This document shows, one piece after another, positions 1 through 11,477 of a stretch of 64,000 bases of DNA. Positions within the stretch are counted from its first letter, which is position 1. The number at the start of each line of letters is the position of its first letter. The position numbers were made by a program, and so were the translations under genes. The notes under the pieces are model-generated. The model searched no databases and was not told the DNA's origin. It worked only from the letters and a program-made list of their open reading frames with translations. Source of the stretch: a virus (lineage: Duplodnaviria; Caudoviricetes); the IMG/VR virus record IMGVR_UViG_3300037067_003053, positions 57,381 through 121,380 of that record. One strand, written 5' to 3'.

Positions 1-484
1 GTCTAAATTTTTCTTCTATATAATTCCATAGTTGTTTGGTTAATAATAAATCTTGATATAAATATTCTTTTATTTCATCTAATTCTAAATCATTCCAATT
101 TTCTTTTTGGAAAACAGTATAATCAATATCTTTTTTTCTATCATCGGCAATATTTATTTCTTTAATAATGTTTTTTAATGAGTATGATTTGAAACCTCCG
201 TTTTTTAATAAAATAGCACGTTTTTTAAATACCCAATATAAATCAATGTGCTTCCAATATGGAATATCTATTTCGTTCCGTTTTAAAATTGGTAAATCAA
301 AATTTTCACCATTAAAGGTGATTATTTTATCAAATTTAGATATAAATGATTTTAAATAATTTTTATCTTTTTGATAATTAAAGAAATAAAAATTATCTTC
401 ATCTAAACAACCAATAAATTTAATATTGGCGTTGTTTATATCTAAACTATCCGTTTCAATATCTAAAAAAAGTAATTTATTTAT
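1..484 (-). CDS. DnaQ/DEDD-like 3'-5' exonuclease domain, possibly the N-terminus of a DNA polymerase (partial, runs off window; probable ATA start)
   Basis: Not in the ORF track. Manual translation gives (M)NKLLFLDIETDSL...IITFNGENFDLPILK...EYLYQDLLLT, i.e. Exo I/II/III motifs. GGAG SD lies 7 nt before ATA at 484, and there is no in-frame ATG before the upstream TAA at 529-527. Confidence 0.8.
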   Translation of the reverse strand, partial: MNKLLFLDIETDSLDINNANIKFIGCLDEDNFYFFNYQKDKNYLKSFISKFDKIITFNGENFDLPILKRNEIDIPYWKHIDLYWVFKKRAILLKNGGFKSYSLKNIIKEINIADDRKKDIDYTVFQKENWNDLELDEIKEYLYQDLLLTKQLWNYIEEKFR

Positions 485-1322
485 TTGACTTCTCCGATAT
501 AATCTTATATGTTTTATCTGAGTTAATTATGATTCCATACAATTTTCCACCACCTTTAGAACCTCCGTCTATCAATATTTTATAATCATTAACTATTGGT
601 CCCGATGGAGTGTGTCCCATTATACAATATTTATCACCAAATAATGATTTAAAATGTGTATCTAAAGATAGATTACGAAAATTATGATTTTGATAAAAAG
701 TTCTATTCCAAAGAATATCCATCATATCATCATGATTTATTTCTTTATCTTCTTTTATTAAATCCATTTGTTTTTTAGTAGAAAAACCGCCATGAATAAC
801 AATACATAATTCATCTTTGTAATAAGGTGATAATGATTTTAGAAATTTTAAATGTTCTTTTGGATAAGATTCTTTAAAGAATTCAAATGAAATAAAATTA
901 TTTTTGGTTTTAAATCCATAACTATCTAATGTTTCTTTCCCACCTTGATAATACCAAATTTCTGGAATAAAAGCACTTCCGCTCGTAATCCATTCAAGCA
1001 TCCAAAAATCATGATTTCCTAATACTGGAAATATATTTTTATTTTCTTTTTTTAGAGAAATTATTAAATTAATTAGTTCTTTAGGAGAAAAATCTGCATC
1101 TTTATAACCGTCGATGTAATCTCCGGTAAATATAAGATTATCCTCTTTTGGATTATAATTTGCTTTAATTAATATTTTATTAAGACCCACATGATTACCA
1201 TGTAAATCCGCAATAATAATATCTCGTTTTTGAGATAAATCAGGACTATTCATAATTCCTTCCAATCTTTTAAATGACTCTTTATTTATTTTAAAATCTC
1301 TCCAAAAGGATTCTGTTGACAT
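477..1322 (-). CDS. Calcineurin-like metallophosphoesterase (Ser/Thr phosphatase-like)
   Basis: Motifs DLHG, GDYID, GNHD, HGG, GHT. Confidence 0.9.
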   Translation of the reverse strand: MSTESFWRDFKINKESFKRLEGIMNSPDLSQKRDIIIADLHGNHVGLNKILIKANYNPKEDNLIFTGDYIDGYKDADFSPKELINLIISLKKENKNIFPVLGNHDFWMLEWITSGSAFIPEIWYYQGGKETLDSYGFKTKNNFISFEFFKESYPKEHLKFLKSLSPYYKDELCIVIHGGFSTKKQMDLIKEDKEINHDDMMDILWNRTFYQNHNFRNLSLDTHFKSLFGDKYCIMGHTPSGPIVNDYKILIDGGSKGGGKLYGIIINSDKTYKIISEKSNK

Positions 1323-1332
1323 ATTATATAAT

Positions 1333-1666
1333 ATATAATGGGTTTGCGCGGTTTATTTAGTTAATTCTCTCGATAGTTTTTCCCTCATCGTTTAAAATAT
1401 ACATTGAGGAAAAATCTTCGTGTTCTTTGTCGTCTTCTTTTGGCATTTTGATTGTATCAGTCAAAACAAGACTTGGATCGTTTTCATAATCCTTATCTAT
1501 GTAACAACAGACCGTTCTCGTTATCGTCTTTTCTTTTTCATTTTCTTCTGTTTTATGACGAATTTCATCAAATCCGTCCTTGATAACCCATTGACTTTTT
1601 TCGTTAATCCATTTTAGTATCATTTTCTACCTACTTTCTGTCTTTATTTGCGCAAACCCGTTATAT
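1333..1666. repeat. 17-bp inverted repeat (16/17 match) bracketing ORF 1357-1623
   Basis: ATATAATGGGTTTGCGC (1333-1349) / GCGCAAACCCGTTATAT (1650-1666). Confidence 0.85.
1357..1623 (-). CDS. Small hypothetical protein ending YILNDEGKTIERIN, enclosed by a 17-bp inverted repeat
   Basis: ORF with AGTAGGTAG upstream; IR arms at 1333-1349 and 1650-1666. Confidence 0.7.
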   Translation of the reverse strand: MILKWINEKSQWVIKDGFDEIRHKTEENEKEKTITRTVCCYIDKDYENDPSLVLTDTIKMPKEDDKEHEDFSSMYILNDEGKTIERIN

Positions 1667-1920
1667 TTTTATAGTTATTTCTCAATAACGTTTGGAAAAT
1701 ATTCTTTCATCATCTCATCCATCGTTCTACCATTTAATGGATAATTTTTATATAACCCTTCACACATTTTACATCCTCTTCTCGGAAGCAACCAATAATT
1801 ACACCACGGATGATGTTCTTCATCAATATTTTGTGTTGCGGAATTATTATCTAAAACATTAAATGCTGATGATGTTTGTTCTTCTTGTATTTTTATGTCC
1901 GGCATTTTCATTTTTAAACC

Positions 1921-2058
1921 TTATGTTGGGTAAGGATTTTCACCTATTATTCTATCGTACCTTTTAACAGAGTTGGACGTTACTGCTGAGTAGAGCATTT
2001 TAACTCGACAAGACAAACCATTCTGTGGTCGTATTTACGCCTTTCACGCTCCAAATAA
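1921..2058 (-). ncRNA. Putative tRNA-like structured RNA with a large central insert
   Basis: Intergenic and GC-richer than its surroundings. Ends TTATTTGG...CCAACATAA pair; D-like arm GCGT-GAAAG-GCGT; T-arm-like AGG-TGAAAAT-CCT before the 3' strand. Confidence 0.4.
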
Positions 2059-2547
2059 TTACCTTATTTTAATTTTCCGTTTTTATATTTTCGATTAATC
2101 TCTTTAACGGACAAAGGTATGTTTATATTTAAGGATTCATAATTTTTACCATCTTTAAAATCAAATCTAACATATCGTTGTCCGCCTTTAGCAGTAACAT
2201 TACCACATGAACATGTTACTTGCTTAATATGAAATAACGAAAAAATAGTTTCATTACATTTTTTACATTTTGCACATTTTAAAATCGTTTTAATCACTTC
2301 CTTTCTGATTAATTATGGGAACGAAATATTCCCAGTTTACTCTTAAAATCATCGTTTCTCCATTTTATCAAAAAAATTTATAATATCGCCAAAACATTTG
2401 TATAATAATTCTTGAATTTTTTCAATTGAATCTATTTTTAAATTAATAATATCTAATTTTTTAGTTAAAATTTTATTAATCTCTCCTTGTTCCTTAACAA
2501 GTTCAAAAATCTTATTATTAAAATCTTCTTGTTCCATAAAATACCTC

Positions 2548-2588
2548 TATAATTTACATCATTTAAATTCAAAAGTCAAGATAAATCT
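2548..2588 (-). promoter_or_regulatory. sigma70-type promoter, extended-motif family copy 1
   Basis: AGATTTATC-TTGACT-17nt-TAAATT. Confidence 0.75.
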
Positions 2589-3099
2589 TTAAAAATAGGT
2601 ATATTATTTTTAATATACTCGACTTCGTAGAGTATTAATGTATCTTTATTGAAAGAATTTCCAAATGTTCCGTTGTTTTTAAAGACATATTTGATTTGTT
2701 GAAAAATTCTATAAACATAATTTGTACCATCTTTAGGTAGACCCAACTCTAAAAACACATCATTTATTCTTTGTATTGCATCTTTTCTTTGAAATTTGTT
2801 ACTGTAACCAAATGTATCTGCGAGAATAGAATAAGGTAATTTATTTATACTTGAATTGCCAAATGGACAACTAAGATGAACATTAAAATTAAATCTATCT
2901 TTATGATTAGATTCTATAAATAATTCTGGTAAATATAAATCTTTATCTTTATAATAAAGACATTTTGCAGCCTTAATTAAATCGATCCTATTTAAATTTT
3001 TATTTATATCTACTAAAAAACTTGTTTCAAAAACATTTATGACATTATTAAGATAATCAATTGGCGCATGATTTAATTTATCATCGAAATCTATTGGAT

Positions 3100-3660
3100 T
3101 TAATTGGCATGACATATTAATCTTTCCTCTTTAGAAACCAAATCATGATTGTTTTCTAATTTTTTTATTTTCAATACAAATTCATCATATGAAATAGGGA
3201 AATAGTTATGGCAATCCACGCCGACATCCATACTTTTTCCATATGATGGAAGTCGACCGTGTGAATGACCATATGCCATATATGCACCATAATGAGAATG
3301 ATCCCACACCCTCATCGCATAATGACATAATACAATATAATTTTCATCTATTCTTATTGTTTTTAGTGGGCATATTTCTTCAAACAGATATGGATGTTTT
3401 AATGCTTCTTTATCATGTGAACCATATATTAGAATTATTTTACCATTTAGTTGTAAACGATAACGTTTTATATTTCCCATAGAAAAATCACCAAGATGAT
3501 ATACTATATCATCTGGTTTTATTTTCTTATTCCAATTTTCTATAAGAATAGAATCCATTTCCATCACATTTTCAAATGGTCTATTACAAAATTGGATTAT
3601 ATTTCTATGACCCCAATGTGTATCGGCTGTAAACCATATATTATTAATATTTAAACCCAC
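3100..3660 (-). CDS. Metallophosphoesterase (phage phosphoesterase family)
   Basis: FTADTHWGH, HLGDF, GSHD, CHY, GHSH motifs. Confidence 0.88.
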   Translation of the reverse strand: MGLNINNIWFTADTHWGHRNIIQFCNRPFENVMEMDSILIENWNKKIKPDDIVYHLGDFSMGNIKRYRLQLNGKIILIYGSHDKEALKHPYLFEEICPLKTIRIDENYIVLCHYAMRVWDHSHYGAYMAYGHSHGRLPSYGKSMDVGVDCHNYFPISYDEFVLKIKKLENNHDLVSKEERLICHAN

Positions 3661-3880
3661 CTTTCCCCCATATTTTGATTAATAATCTTAGTTATAGTAC
3701 AACCTTCGGAAATATAATGAATTTCATTTGTATCTAAATCTTTAATTATCCAAGAATCACCGGTTGCAGTTGGTTTATATAAAACTTCTGCATTTTTGCA
3801 TAACGTAAATTGTGCATTATTAAAATTCACTATAACTTTATCACCAACTTCTATTGTATCTGGCATATTATTCTCCTTTT

Positions 3881-4981
3881 TTATATTTGATACAAACTTA
3901 AAAAATGTAACATATTTTCACGAACCATTAATAAAATTGGTTTCGTTTTATGTATTTTAAATTTAATTAAATCTGCTCCTAATGTTACAACATCTTCAAA
4001 ATCTCTAATAGAGATACCAAATGAAGTATTTTCGCTTGAAACACATTCAACAATACTCTTAGATTCATATTGATTATATTTATAAGATAAATTCATTATA
4101 TTATCTTTTATTTCAACATTTATAATACCGGGTGAATCAAATATAAACCCCCTCATTCTATTAATGGTTTTTGTTAAAACTTTATTATCTACTTCTATAT
4201 TAATTCCTTCCGAATTAATCCATTCATTGATAATACCCAATACCTTTTCATACGGACATTTTTCTTCTATTTGATAAACCCCAAATATAATCTCAGAATT
4301 TATCTTTTTTATAATACCTTTAAAAATTGCCATTTTTGGAGTTTCTAAAATAGCCACAGATAATTCATCTACTTCGGATAATTGCCGATAAATAAATGGT
4401 ATAATTGTTATTGGTTCGGTTGGAAATATTTTCTTTAAAACCACTCCTCGATGATGGTCTGTTGATAATATTCTTTTGCCCGTTAAACAAACGCCGCGTT
4501 CATATCCAAGTGAATCTTTATCTATAAACCTCTGTAAAAGATTCAATTCAACTATCAATGAATCTTTATCAATTGAAGTAAATGTTACTGAATCTAAATT
4601 AGGAAATTCTGGATAAGACAACAAACTTCTAACCGGCAAAGAATATTTTGAATTTCCAATAATTTCTAAATAACCATTGCCGTTTTCCAAATCTTCTTTT
4701 GGAGAAGGAGATGAAAATAATAATTTTGGTACATCATTTGTATTGGAAATGGTTGTAATTGCTTTTGAATCAAGAAGAATTGAAAACGGTTCTTCTTGAT
4801 ATTCAATATCAATAGATGTTTTTATAAACATTTCTTCATTAGTTGCAGAAATGTATAATTTATTATCTTTAATAAACAACAACACACTATTTGTAATCTG
4901 TCTAATATCATTGATATTAGTAATAGATTTAATTATGTTTAAAACTGTTTCTAAATTTTCTCTTTTAATTTCAAAATTCAT
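3881..4981 (-). CDS. dnaN: DNA polymerase III beta sliding clamp
   Basis: 366 aa; N-terminal MNFEIKRENL...LYISATNEE, YPEFP, STDHHR (TDGHR-like). Confidence 0.85.
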   Translation of the reverse strand: MNFEIKRENLETVLNIIKSITNINDIRQITNSVLLFIKDNKLYISATNEEMFIKTSIDIEYQEEPFSILLDSKAITTISNTNDVPKLLFSSPSPKEDLENGNGYLEIIGNSKYSLPVRSLLSYPEFPNLDSVTFTSIDKDSLIVELNLLQRFIDKDSLGYERGVCLTGKRILSTDHHRGVVLKKIFPTEPITIIPFIYRQLSEVDELSVAILETPKMAIFKGIIKKINSEIIFGVYQIEEKCPYEKVLGIINEWINSEGINIEVDNKVLTKTINRMRGFIFDSPGIINVEIKDNIMNLSYKYNQYESKSIVECVSSENTSFGISIRDFEDVVTLGADLIKFKIHKTKPILLMVRENMLHFLSLYQI

Positions 4982-5525
4982 TTTAATTTTCCTTTATTTA
5001 ATTATTTAAATACTAAAATTCTCTAATTCTTTTAAATTTAATGGGGTTATTTTACCATCATATATCGCATTTAATATATCATTTTTATTAGATTTAAGTT
5101 CATCTGGATTATCAGATTTAATTATTCCTAATTTTATAGATTCCGTTATACAATATGCCGATATAAAATTATCTAATATTTTATCATAGCATTCTTTGGC
5201 ATACTTAAAATTATTTTTTACAAATTCTTCATTTGCTAAATAAAAAGGATTCGGATATGGAAAATCCATATTTCCCATAAATTTATAATTGGTTAATATT
5301 TCATATTGTAATGTCATATTTATTCACACCCTAAATGCTTTTTTATATCTGCTATTAAGCAATCTATTGAACAATAATTTTGATTACTAACATCATAATA
5401 ATCCTCTCTATTACTTGCAGACCAAATAACAGAATATCCTTCATTTGGAACGTCTTCTGTATAATAACCCGTTTTTTCTGGAATATCTTTACCACAAGTT
5501 GTACAAATTTTTAAATATTTTTTAT

Positions 5526-5755
5526 TCATATTTTCTCACTCCATTTTATATAACCATATACGTTTAACACACAATAAAATAAATTTAAATAAATTAAAGA
5601 TGGTTGTTTAACCAAAATTGCAAATATTACCCACAATATTCCTGTATTAATTGCACCTAATAACCATCCTATTTTTACTTGTCTGTTATGAATATTGAAT
5701 TTATAACAGACAAATAAGATGCTAAAGAACAAACTATGGTTGCAGTATTATTCAT
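5526..5755 (-). pseudogene. Small PnuC-like membrane protein with an apparent 1-nt frameshift near 5705
   Basis: ATG at 5755 overlaps the upstream TGA (ATGA). Adding one T at GTT(T)AT joins MNNTATIVCSLASYLSV to YKFNIHNRQVKIGWLLG...LNVYGYIKW. Confidence 0.5.
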
Positions 5756-6762
5756 TTTTTATTTTCTATAGTATAGGATTTATCAACCGTTTTTCCACAT
5801 CTCATACACACGTGATTAAAATTTTCATCCAATCTTATTTTAGGATTTCTGCATTCTTTATTATAAGAAAATTCTTTATATTTAGGTTCATAAAAACTAC
5901 ACCTACATAATTCACATTCACCTTGACCCCATCCAGAAAACATTCCAATATCTCGATGTCTATTTTGCTCGTGCCCACATATACAAAGAGTTGGGCTAAT
6001 ATTATTATTCATTTTAATAAATCAAATATCCTATCTTCTTTTTCTTTCAAACAATTCTTTACTTTTTTATCTAAACCACAAAAAACTCTTTTAGCAAAGT
6101 CTTTCCCATTTTCTACCATATATGTACATGGAGGATATGGTGTTAAAAAATCTTTATTGTAATCTATAATAGAAGTATAAAAATCATCATTATGCCTGTT
6201 TATTGCGATTCTTATATTATCACTTATAATAGATTCATAACCAGATGTTGGATGATTGTATATGGTATCAGTAAGAGTATATTCGGTTTTTATTATTTCT
6301 CTACTTTCCCACTTATTTTCACATAGTTTGTACAGTTTTTCAAATTGTTCATCGGTTAATATCATTATTATTCTCCTTCTTATGTTTGATTAATCGTTTT
6401 TATTAACCATCTATTTTTTAGATTTTTAGTATCCTTATTATTATTCTCAGCAAAATTACCATCATATAAAATACCATCCCAACTGGCAGAAATAGGTTTT
6501 TGGGATAATGATTCATTAAAAAACCCAACCAGTCTTTCTTTTAATTTCTTTTCTAAGTATTCATATTCCCAATAATGCCTATTAGAATCTATTTTATTGT
6601 CCGGTTCATCAAATTGCCCCAAAAAAAGAACAGTATCATATAATTCCTGATTTTTCATTTTTCTTTCTTCATCAACTATTACTTTTTGCCATTTTAATAT
6701 CTTTTTCATAATTATTCCTTTATTAAAAACACATTTTTCATATGGGACACAAATTTGTAAAT

Positions 6763-8025
6763 TCATATTTGTTTAATTGTTCCTTCTCTTATTAATTCCA
6801 ATGGTGTTTTATTTGAATTTATAAAATTTAATGTATCATTTGGATAAAAACAATAATAACCACTTGGTATTTTAGATTCTGAAGTAATAACATTCAATTT
6901 AACTCCATTCTTAGAAGTTATAATATACCAAGTATCTGATTTCTTTTCATATGAACCGGTTAATTTGTTTTTTAATTTTTCTATATGATTTAAAATATTA
7001 TCTTCTTTTTTATTTAAAAAATCTATTAATAATATAATGGTTAATTCATTTAATACCATTCTATTAAATGTTTTTCCAATAGATAATTTCCAATTAGAAA
7101 TTAATTCCAAAAATCTTGCAAATTTATTTTTTCCTATTTTATTAAAAATTTCATTTTCATTCACAACCAATGAACATAAATAAAATAACAGTTTCTCAAT
7201 AAAAATTAAATCGTCTATTTTATTAAAATTTATATATTTAAAAGCATTATTATAATCAGAATCAAATAATAAATTTAAAAAGGTTTCTATTTCTTCTTTT
7301 GAAACCCTCGTTAAAACCGATTTTAATAATACTTCATCGTCTTTTATAAGATAAACCTGTTCTAATAATACCAAAGCATCTCTAAGAATGCCATCACATT
7401 TAATAGAAATTTCTAATAATAAAGAATCATTTATATTAAGATTTTCTAATTTTGAAATATATTTTAATCTTTCAAAAATCAAAGATTCATTTATTTTTGT
7501 AAAATTAAAAACCTGACTTCGAGACAAAATAGTATTGGGTATTTTATTTATTTCGGTTGTACAAAATATAAATTTAACAGTAGAAATAGGTTCTTCAATG
7601 GTTTTTAATAAACAATCCCATGCTTTTTTTGAAATATTGTGCGCTTCATCTATTATATAGATTTTATACTTTCCATATTTTGCACCATATTTAGTATCTT
7701 CCGTTAATGCTCTCGAATCATCTACACCAGAATTTGTACCTGCGTCCATTTCAATAGAATCAGGAAATTGCCCCGATAAAGATAATTTGCAATTATCACA
7801 TTTATTACACGGACTTCCATCTTCTAATAAATTTGCACAATTTAATGACCTTGAAACTATTCTTGCCAAACTCGTTTTGCCGCTACCTCGACTACCTGAA
7901 AATATATATGAATTTGGTATTGAATTTAAAAGTATTTCTTTTCGTAAAATTGCCACCACGGTTTCTTGACCGACAACATCATTAAAAATGAGTGGGCGAT
8001 ATTTTCGATGAAATGGTAAATACAT
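6763..8025 (-). CDS. dnaX: DNA polymerase III gamma/tau clamp-loader subunit
   Basis: RKYRP, VVGQE, Walker A GSRGSGKTS, Zn motif C...PCNKCDNC, IIDEAH, LLKTIEEP, TILSR. Confidence 0.95.
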   Translation of the reverse strand: MYLPFHRKYRPLIFNDVVGQETVVAILRKEILLNSIPNSYIFSGSRGSGKTSLARIVSRSLNCANLLEDGSPCNKCDNCKLSLSGQFPDSIEMDAGTNSGVDDSRALTEDTKYGAKYGKYKIYIIDEAHNISKKAWDCLLKTIEEPISTVKFIFCTTEINKIPNTILSRSQVFNFTKINESLIFERLKYISKLENLNINDSLLLEISIKCDGILRDALVLLEQVYLIKDDEVLLKSVLTRVSKEEIETFLNLLFDSDYNNAFKYINFNKIDDLIFIEKLLFYLCSLVVNENEIFNKIGKNKFARFLELISNWKLSIGKTFNRMVLNELTIILLIDFLNKKEDNILNHIEKLKNKLTGSYEKKSDTWYIITSKNGVKLNVITSESKIPSGYYCFYPNDTLNFINSNKTPLELIREGTIKQI

Positions 8026-9079
8026 TTGTTATATCTTAATCGCAATTATTATTAATGATAATGTACTTAATATTGCAAGAATTATACATATCTCTAAAAA
8101 GTTTACCCGAAGATAATAACCTATATCACCAATCAATTCTTTTATATACCAACCAATATTAAAAATAAATTCTTTAATTGGATTTTTTTGTTTCATCTTA
8201 TTCCCCATAACTTTCTTTTATCCATGTAATTATTAACAATCAATTATTTGATATGTTCTAAGTACCGTAAGTGGTAATTTCTTATATCCCAGATATAAAT
8301 TTTTTGTATTCTCATTAAATAATTCCATTGCAGTAATGTGGTCTTTTTCTTTAACTCTACGAACAATTGTTTTTACTTCTAAAGTGGATTCAATTTCAAA
8401 TTTAATAAACGTTCCTACTATAATAAAATCTTCAAATTGATTATTATTTTCCTTCTGAACCAAGTGTCCAAAGTTATTATATTTAAGAAGTTTTTCTCGT
8501 TCGTTTAGAGCCGCATCAATTTCGTCGATTACTGCATCATTATCAAAATCCCGCCTACTTAAACTTCTAAAATCTTTTAGTGTCATCGCATTCATATTCT
8601 TCCTTCCTCCTTCAATCTTATCCATGCTTCACAATCGGCGAGATTACCTTGATAATGAGAAATAAAATGATTATTATCTAATGAATATACTTCATATATA
8701 TTATCCATAAATAATTGAACTTTATATATATTTTTTTTCATCTTATTCTCCATAACTTTCTTTTAATTTTTCTTGTAAAAATTTATCAGATTCAGTATCT
8801 CGTTTTGTTTTGGACATAAAGAAATCTTTTGCGGTCACATTCCTGCGTTTATATTCCCTATAAACATCAAGCACATCCACACCATATCTATTTTTTATAT
8901 CTTCAACTATTTTTGGAACTCGTGCTTTTATTAAATCTGTTATAAATTTAGATATATTTGCTTTATCTCTTTCGTTTCGAGATTCATAAAACATTGAAAT
9001 TGCTTCTAACATTTCACTATAAATAAAATCCTCTTTTTTAAAAGAGAATGTAACTATTTTACCCACATCAGATGACATA

Positions 9080-9352
9080 TTATTCCATCTCCTCTAAATT
9101 TTGTTTTTCTATTAATTCCAAATTAATTCTTATATGCGAACATTTACATTTTAAACAATCTGCAACAGATTTAATTTTTCTGTCCATTAAATAATAACAC
9201 GGTTCTATAGACGTATGTTCAAACACTCTTTCTTGTAGACACCAAAATGGTTGCGAACACACCTCAAGAACTCTATCCCACGTTCTAATATTATTTTTAC
9301 TTAAAAGAATTTTAAATTCTTCGTCACTCATTTCGTGATAATATGGCTTCAT
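9080..9352 (-). CDS. Cys-rich small protein with C-terminal EEME tag (paralogue of 9349-9618)
   Basis: PFWC...C...CLKC; ends INLELIEKQNLEEME. Confidence 0.75.
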   Translation of the reverse strand: MKPYYHEMSDEEFKILLSKNNIRTWDRVLEVCSQPFWCLQERVFEHTSIEPCYYLMDRKIKSVADCLKCKCSHIRINLELIEKQNLEEME

Positions 9353-9618
9353 ATCATTTCCTCTAAATCTTGACTTTTTATTAAATCTTTACCAAGAGAA
9401 TTTAAATAACCGCAATGTCTACAATTAAATATATTTTTTATTGAAAGGGTTTTTAATCCCAAGCAACCATGATATTCTCCCAATGGAAATCTTTTTCCAC
9501 ACCAAGATGGTGGTAAAAAATATTTTGACATATTAATTTTTTTTCTTTTACTATTCAAATAATCATATATTATTTTTTCATAATCATCAAATGATAAATC
9601 TGTAATTAACTTTTTCAT
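9349..9618 (-). CDS. Cys-rich small protein with variant C-terminal tag
   Basis: PSWC...C...CRHC; ends DLIKSQDLEEMI. Confidence 0.75.
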   Translation of the reverse strand: MKKLITDLSFDDYEKIIYDYLNSKRKKINMSKYFLPPSWCGKRFPLGEYHGCLGLKTLSIKNIFNCRHCGYLNSLGKDLIKSQDLEEMI

Positions 9619-11090
9619 TCATGACCTATAAATTTTATTTCAAACTGGTTTTGTTTTTTATAAATATTTAATCTTTGTAATGAATGCCTAAGCAAAATAT
9701 TTGGTTTTTTCTTATTATTAATAATTATATAACCATCATCATCAAAAAAATCAACCAACGTTGCACTTATTTTTCCATCTGTTTTTCTAACCACTCTACC
9801 CAGTTTTTGTAATAAATCTCTACCAAAATCACCGCCTTTACCCGCAGATGCCAATATTATTGCATCCATTTCTGGCAAATCAACGCCTTCTTTTATCACA
9901 GTAGATATAATAATTTTAGTATCTTTATTTATAAAACGTTTTAATATATCTTTTCTTTCTAAGGAGGTATCTTCCCCATATAAAGATTCCGCTTTATTTC
10001 CCAATAATTTTAATAAAATATCACCATGTTCTTCTATTCTATTTACTATAATTAAAGTTCTTTTACCTTCACTTGCTAATTTATTTGCAAATTCAATTAT
10101 TTTTTTATTTCGCTTTTCATTTTTTAAAATATTTTCTTTATAAGATTCTTCCCATGTAATTAAATCCGTTTCTATTTTATTTTTAGAAATAAAAACTGTT
10201 AATTTTGACAAATATCCATTTTCCATTAACCAAGATAAAGTTCTTTCAAATATTATCTTACCTGTAACGCCTTCCAATAATTCTCTTGAATATGAATTTT
10301 CTTTTCCCGGAGTTGCGGTTAAACCAATTCTTATTTTTGCATTGATTGTTTTCATAGCAATCAAATACCATGTATTACCCGGAAAATGTGTTTTACTATT
10401 TGGTTTTTGAATTCTATGCGCTTCATCTAAAAATAATACTTCTGTTGTTTCTAACAATTCTTTTATTTCTTGTGTCTCCAATCGCGCCCAAATCGTTTGA
10501 GACGTTGCAACGTTAATAAGTGATACTTTGTATTCACCATCTCCAATATAACCCACTCGGTCTTTACCAAACCATTCACAGAAGTTTTTATAAGTCTGGT
10601 TTAACAATAATAAACTTGGTACAATATAAAGAGTTTTTCTACCATAGAAATCTATTATTTTTCCTGCAATAACGCTCTTACCACCACCAGTTCCAATTGA
10701 AATTATACCTCTTATCTTTTTATCTGTTGTAACAATGTTCACACACTCATTTTGATATTCCCTTAATTCAAATGGATATTTTCCATTTATTTTTGATATA
10801 TCATTGTATTCTATACGATAATCTGTAATAAGATAATAAATATCTAATTTTTTTAAAGTTGGAATTATCTTTGAAAACAACCAACCCGTTGGAAAAGAAT
10901 TATATCGTTTATTGAAATAACATATTTTTCTTTCCTTTACTTTTATTTGTTTTGTTTTATCTCTATAAAAATATGTTTGAGATAAAGTACAAATATCATA
11001 AATTTCAATTGGAATATCTCCAATTAAATATGAATATGTATTATGAATTTGAATTTCTAACATTAGTCTTTGAAAAACTCGGATAACCAA
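9615..11090 (-). CDS. Superfamily 2 DNA helicase (UvsW/Rad25-like)
   Basis: LREYQ, GTGGGKS, DEAH, GLTATP, EGVDLP, QKLGRVVR. Confidence 0.92.
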   Translation of the reverse strand: MVIRVFQRLMLEIQIHNTYSYLIGDIPIEIYDICTLSQTYFYRDKTKQIKVKERKICYFNKRYNSFPTGWLFSKIIPTLKKLDIYYLITDYRIEYNDISKINGKYPFELREYQNECVNIVTTDKKIRGIISIGTGGGKSVIAGKIIDFYGRKTLYIVPSLLLLNQTYKNFCEWFGKDRVGYIGDGEYKVSLINVATSQTIWARLETQEIKELLETTEVLFLDEAHRIQKPNSKTHFPGNTWYLIAMKTINAKIRIGLTATPGKENSYSRELLEGVTGKIIFERTLSWLMENGYLSKLTVFISKNKIETDLITWEESYKENILKNEKRNKKIIEFANKLASEGKRTLIIVNRIEEHGDILLKLLGNKAESLYGEDTSLERKDILKRFINKDTKIIISTVIKEGVDLPEMDAIILASAGKGGDFGRDLLQKLGRVVRKTDGKISATLVDFFDDDGYIIINNKKKPNILLRHSLQRLNIYKKQNQFEIKFIGHE

Positions 11091-11477
11091 TCTAAAAATT
11101 TTTCAGAAATTTTAAATAAAACTAAAGCCCCGAAAAATATACTAATAAATAAAAAAATACCCCAAAATAAACTTATTTCTATTATCATTTTTTCTCCTTA
11201 TTATTTATCAAAAAACCCAAGTGTATCTAAAATAGTTATTAACAAATATATTAATAAATAGTTAAAAACGGATATTTTTTCCATAAAAATATATGATGGT
11301 ATTAATGTGATTATAATTGATATTATCAAAACCCGTATATAATGACTTTTCATTTTTTAAACCCTTCTTTGAAGAAAGATTTAAATAAATTTTTAAATAA
11401 ATCAATAATTACCAAAACTCCCATTAAAAAACATATACTATTAATCATAAATAAAATATAAATTAATATTTCTTTTT

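Noticed and set aside
168-359. Plus-strand 63-aa ORF and the other short antisense ORFs in both arms
   Set aside because: They are antisense to well-supported genes (here the exonuclease) in strongly co-oriented arms.
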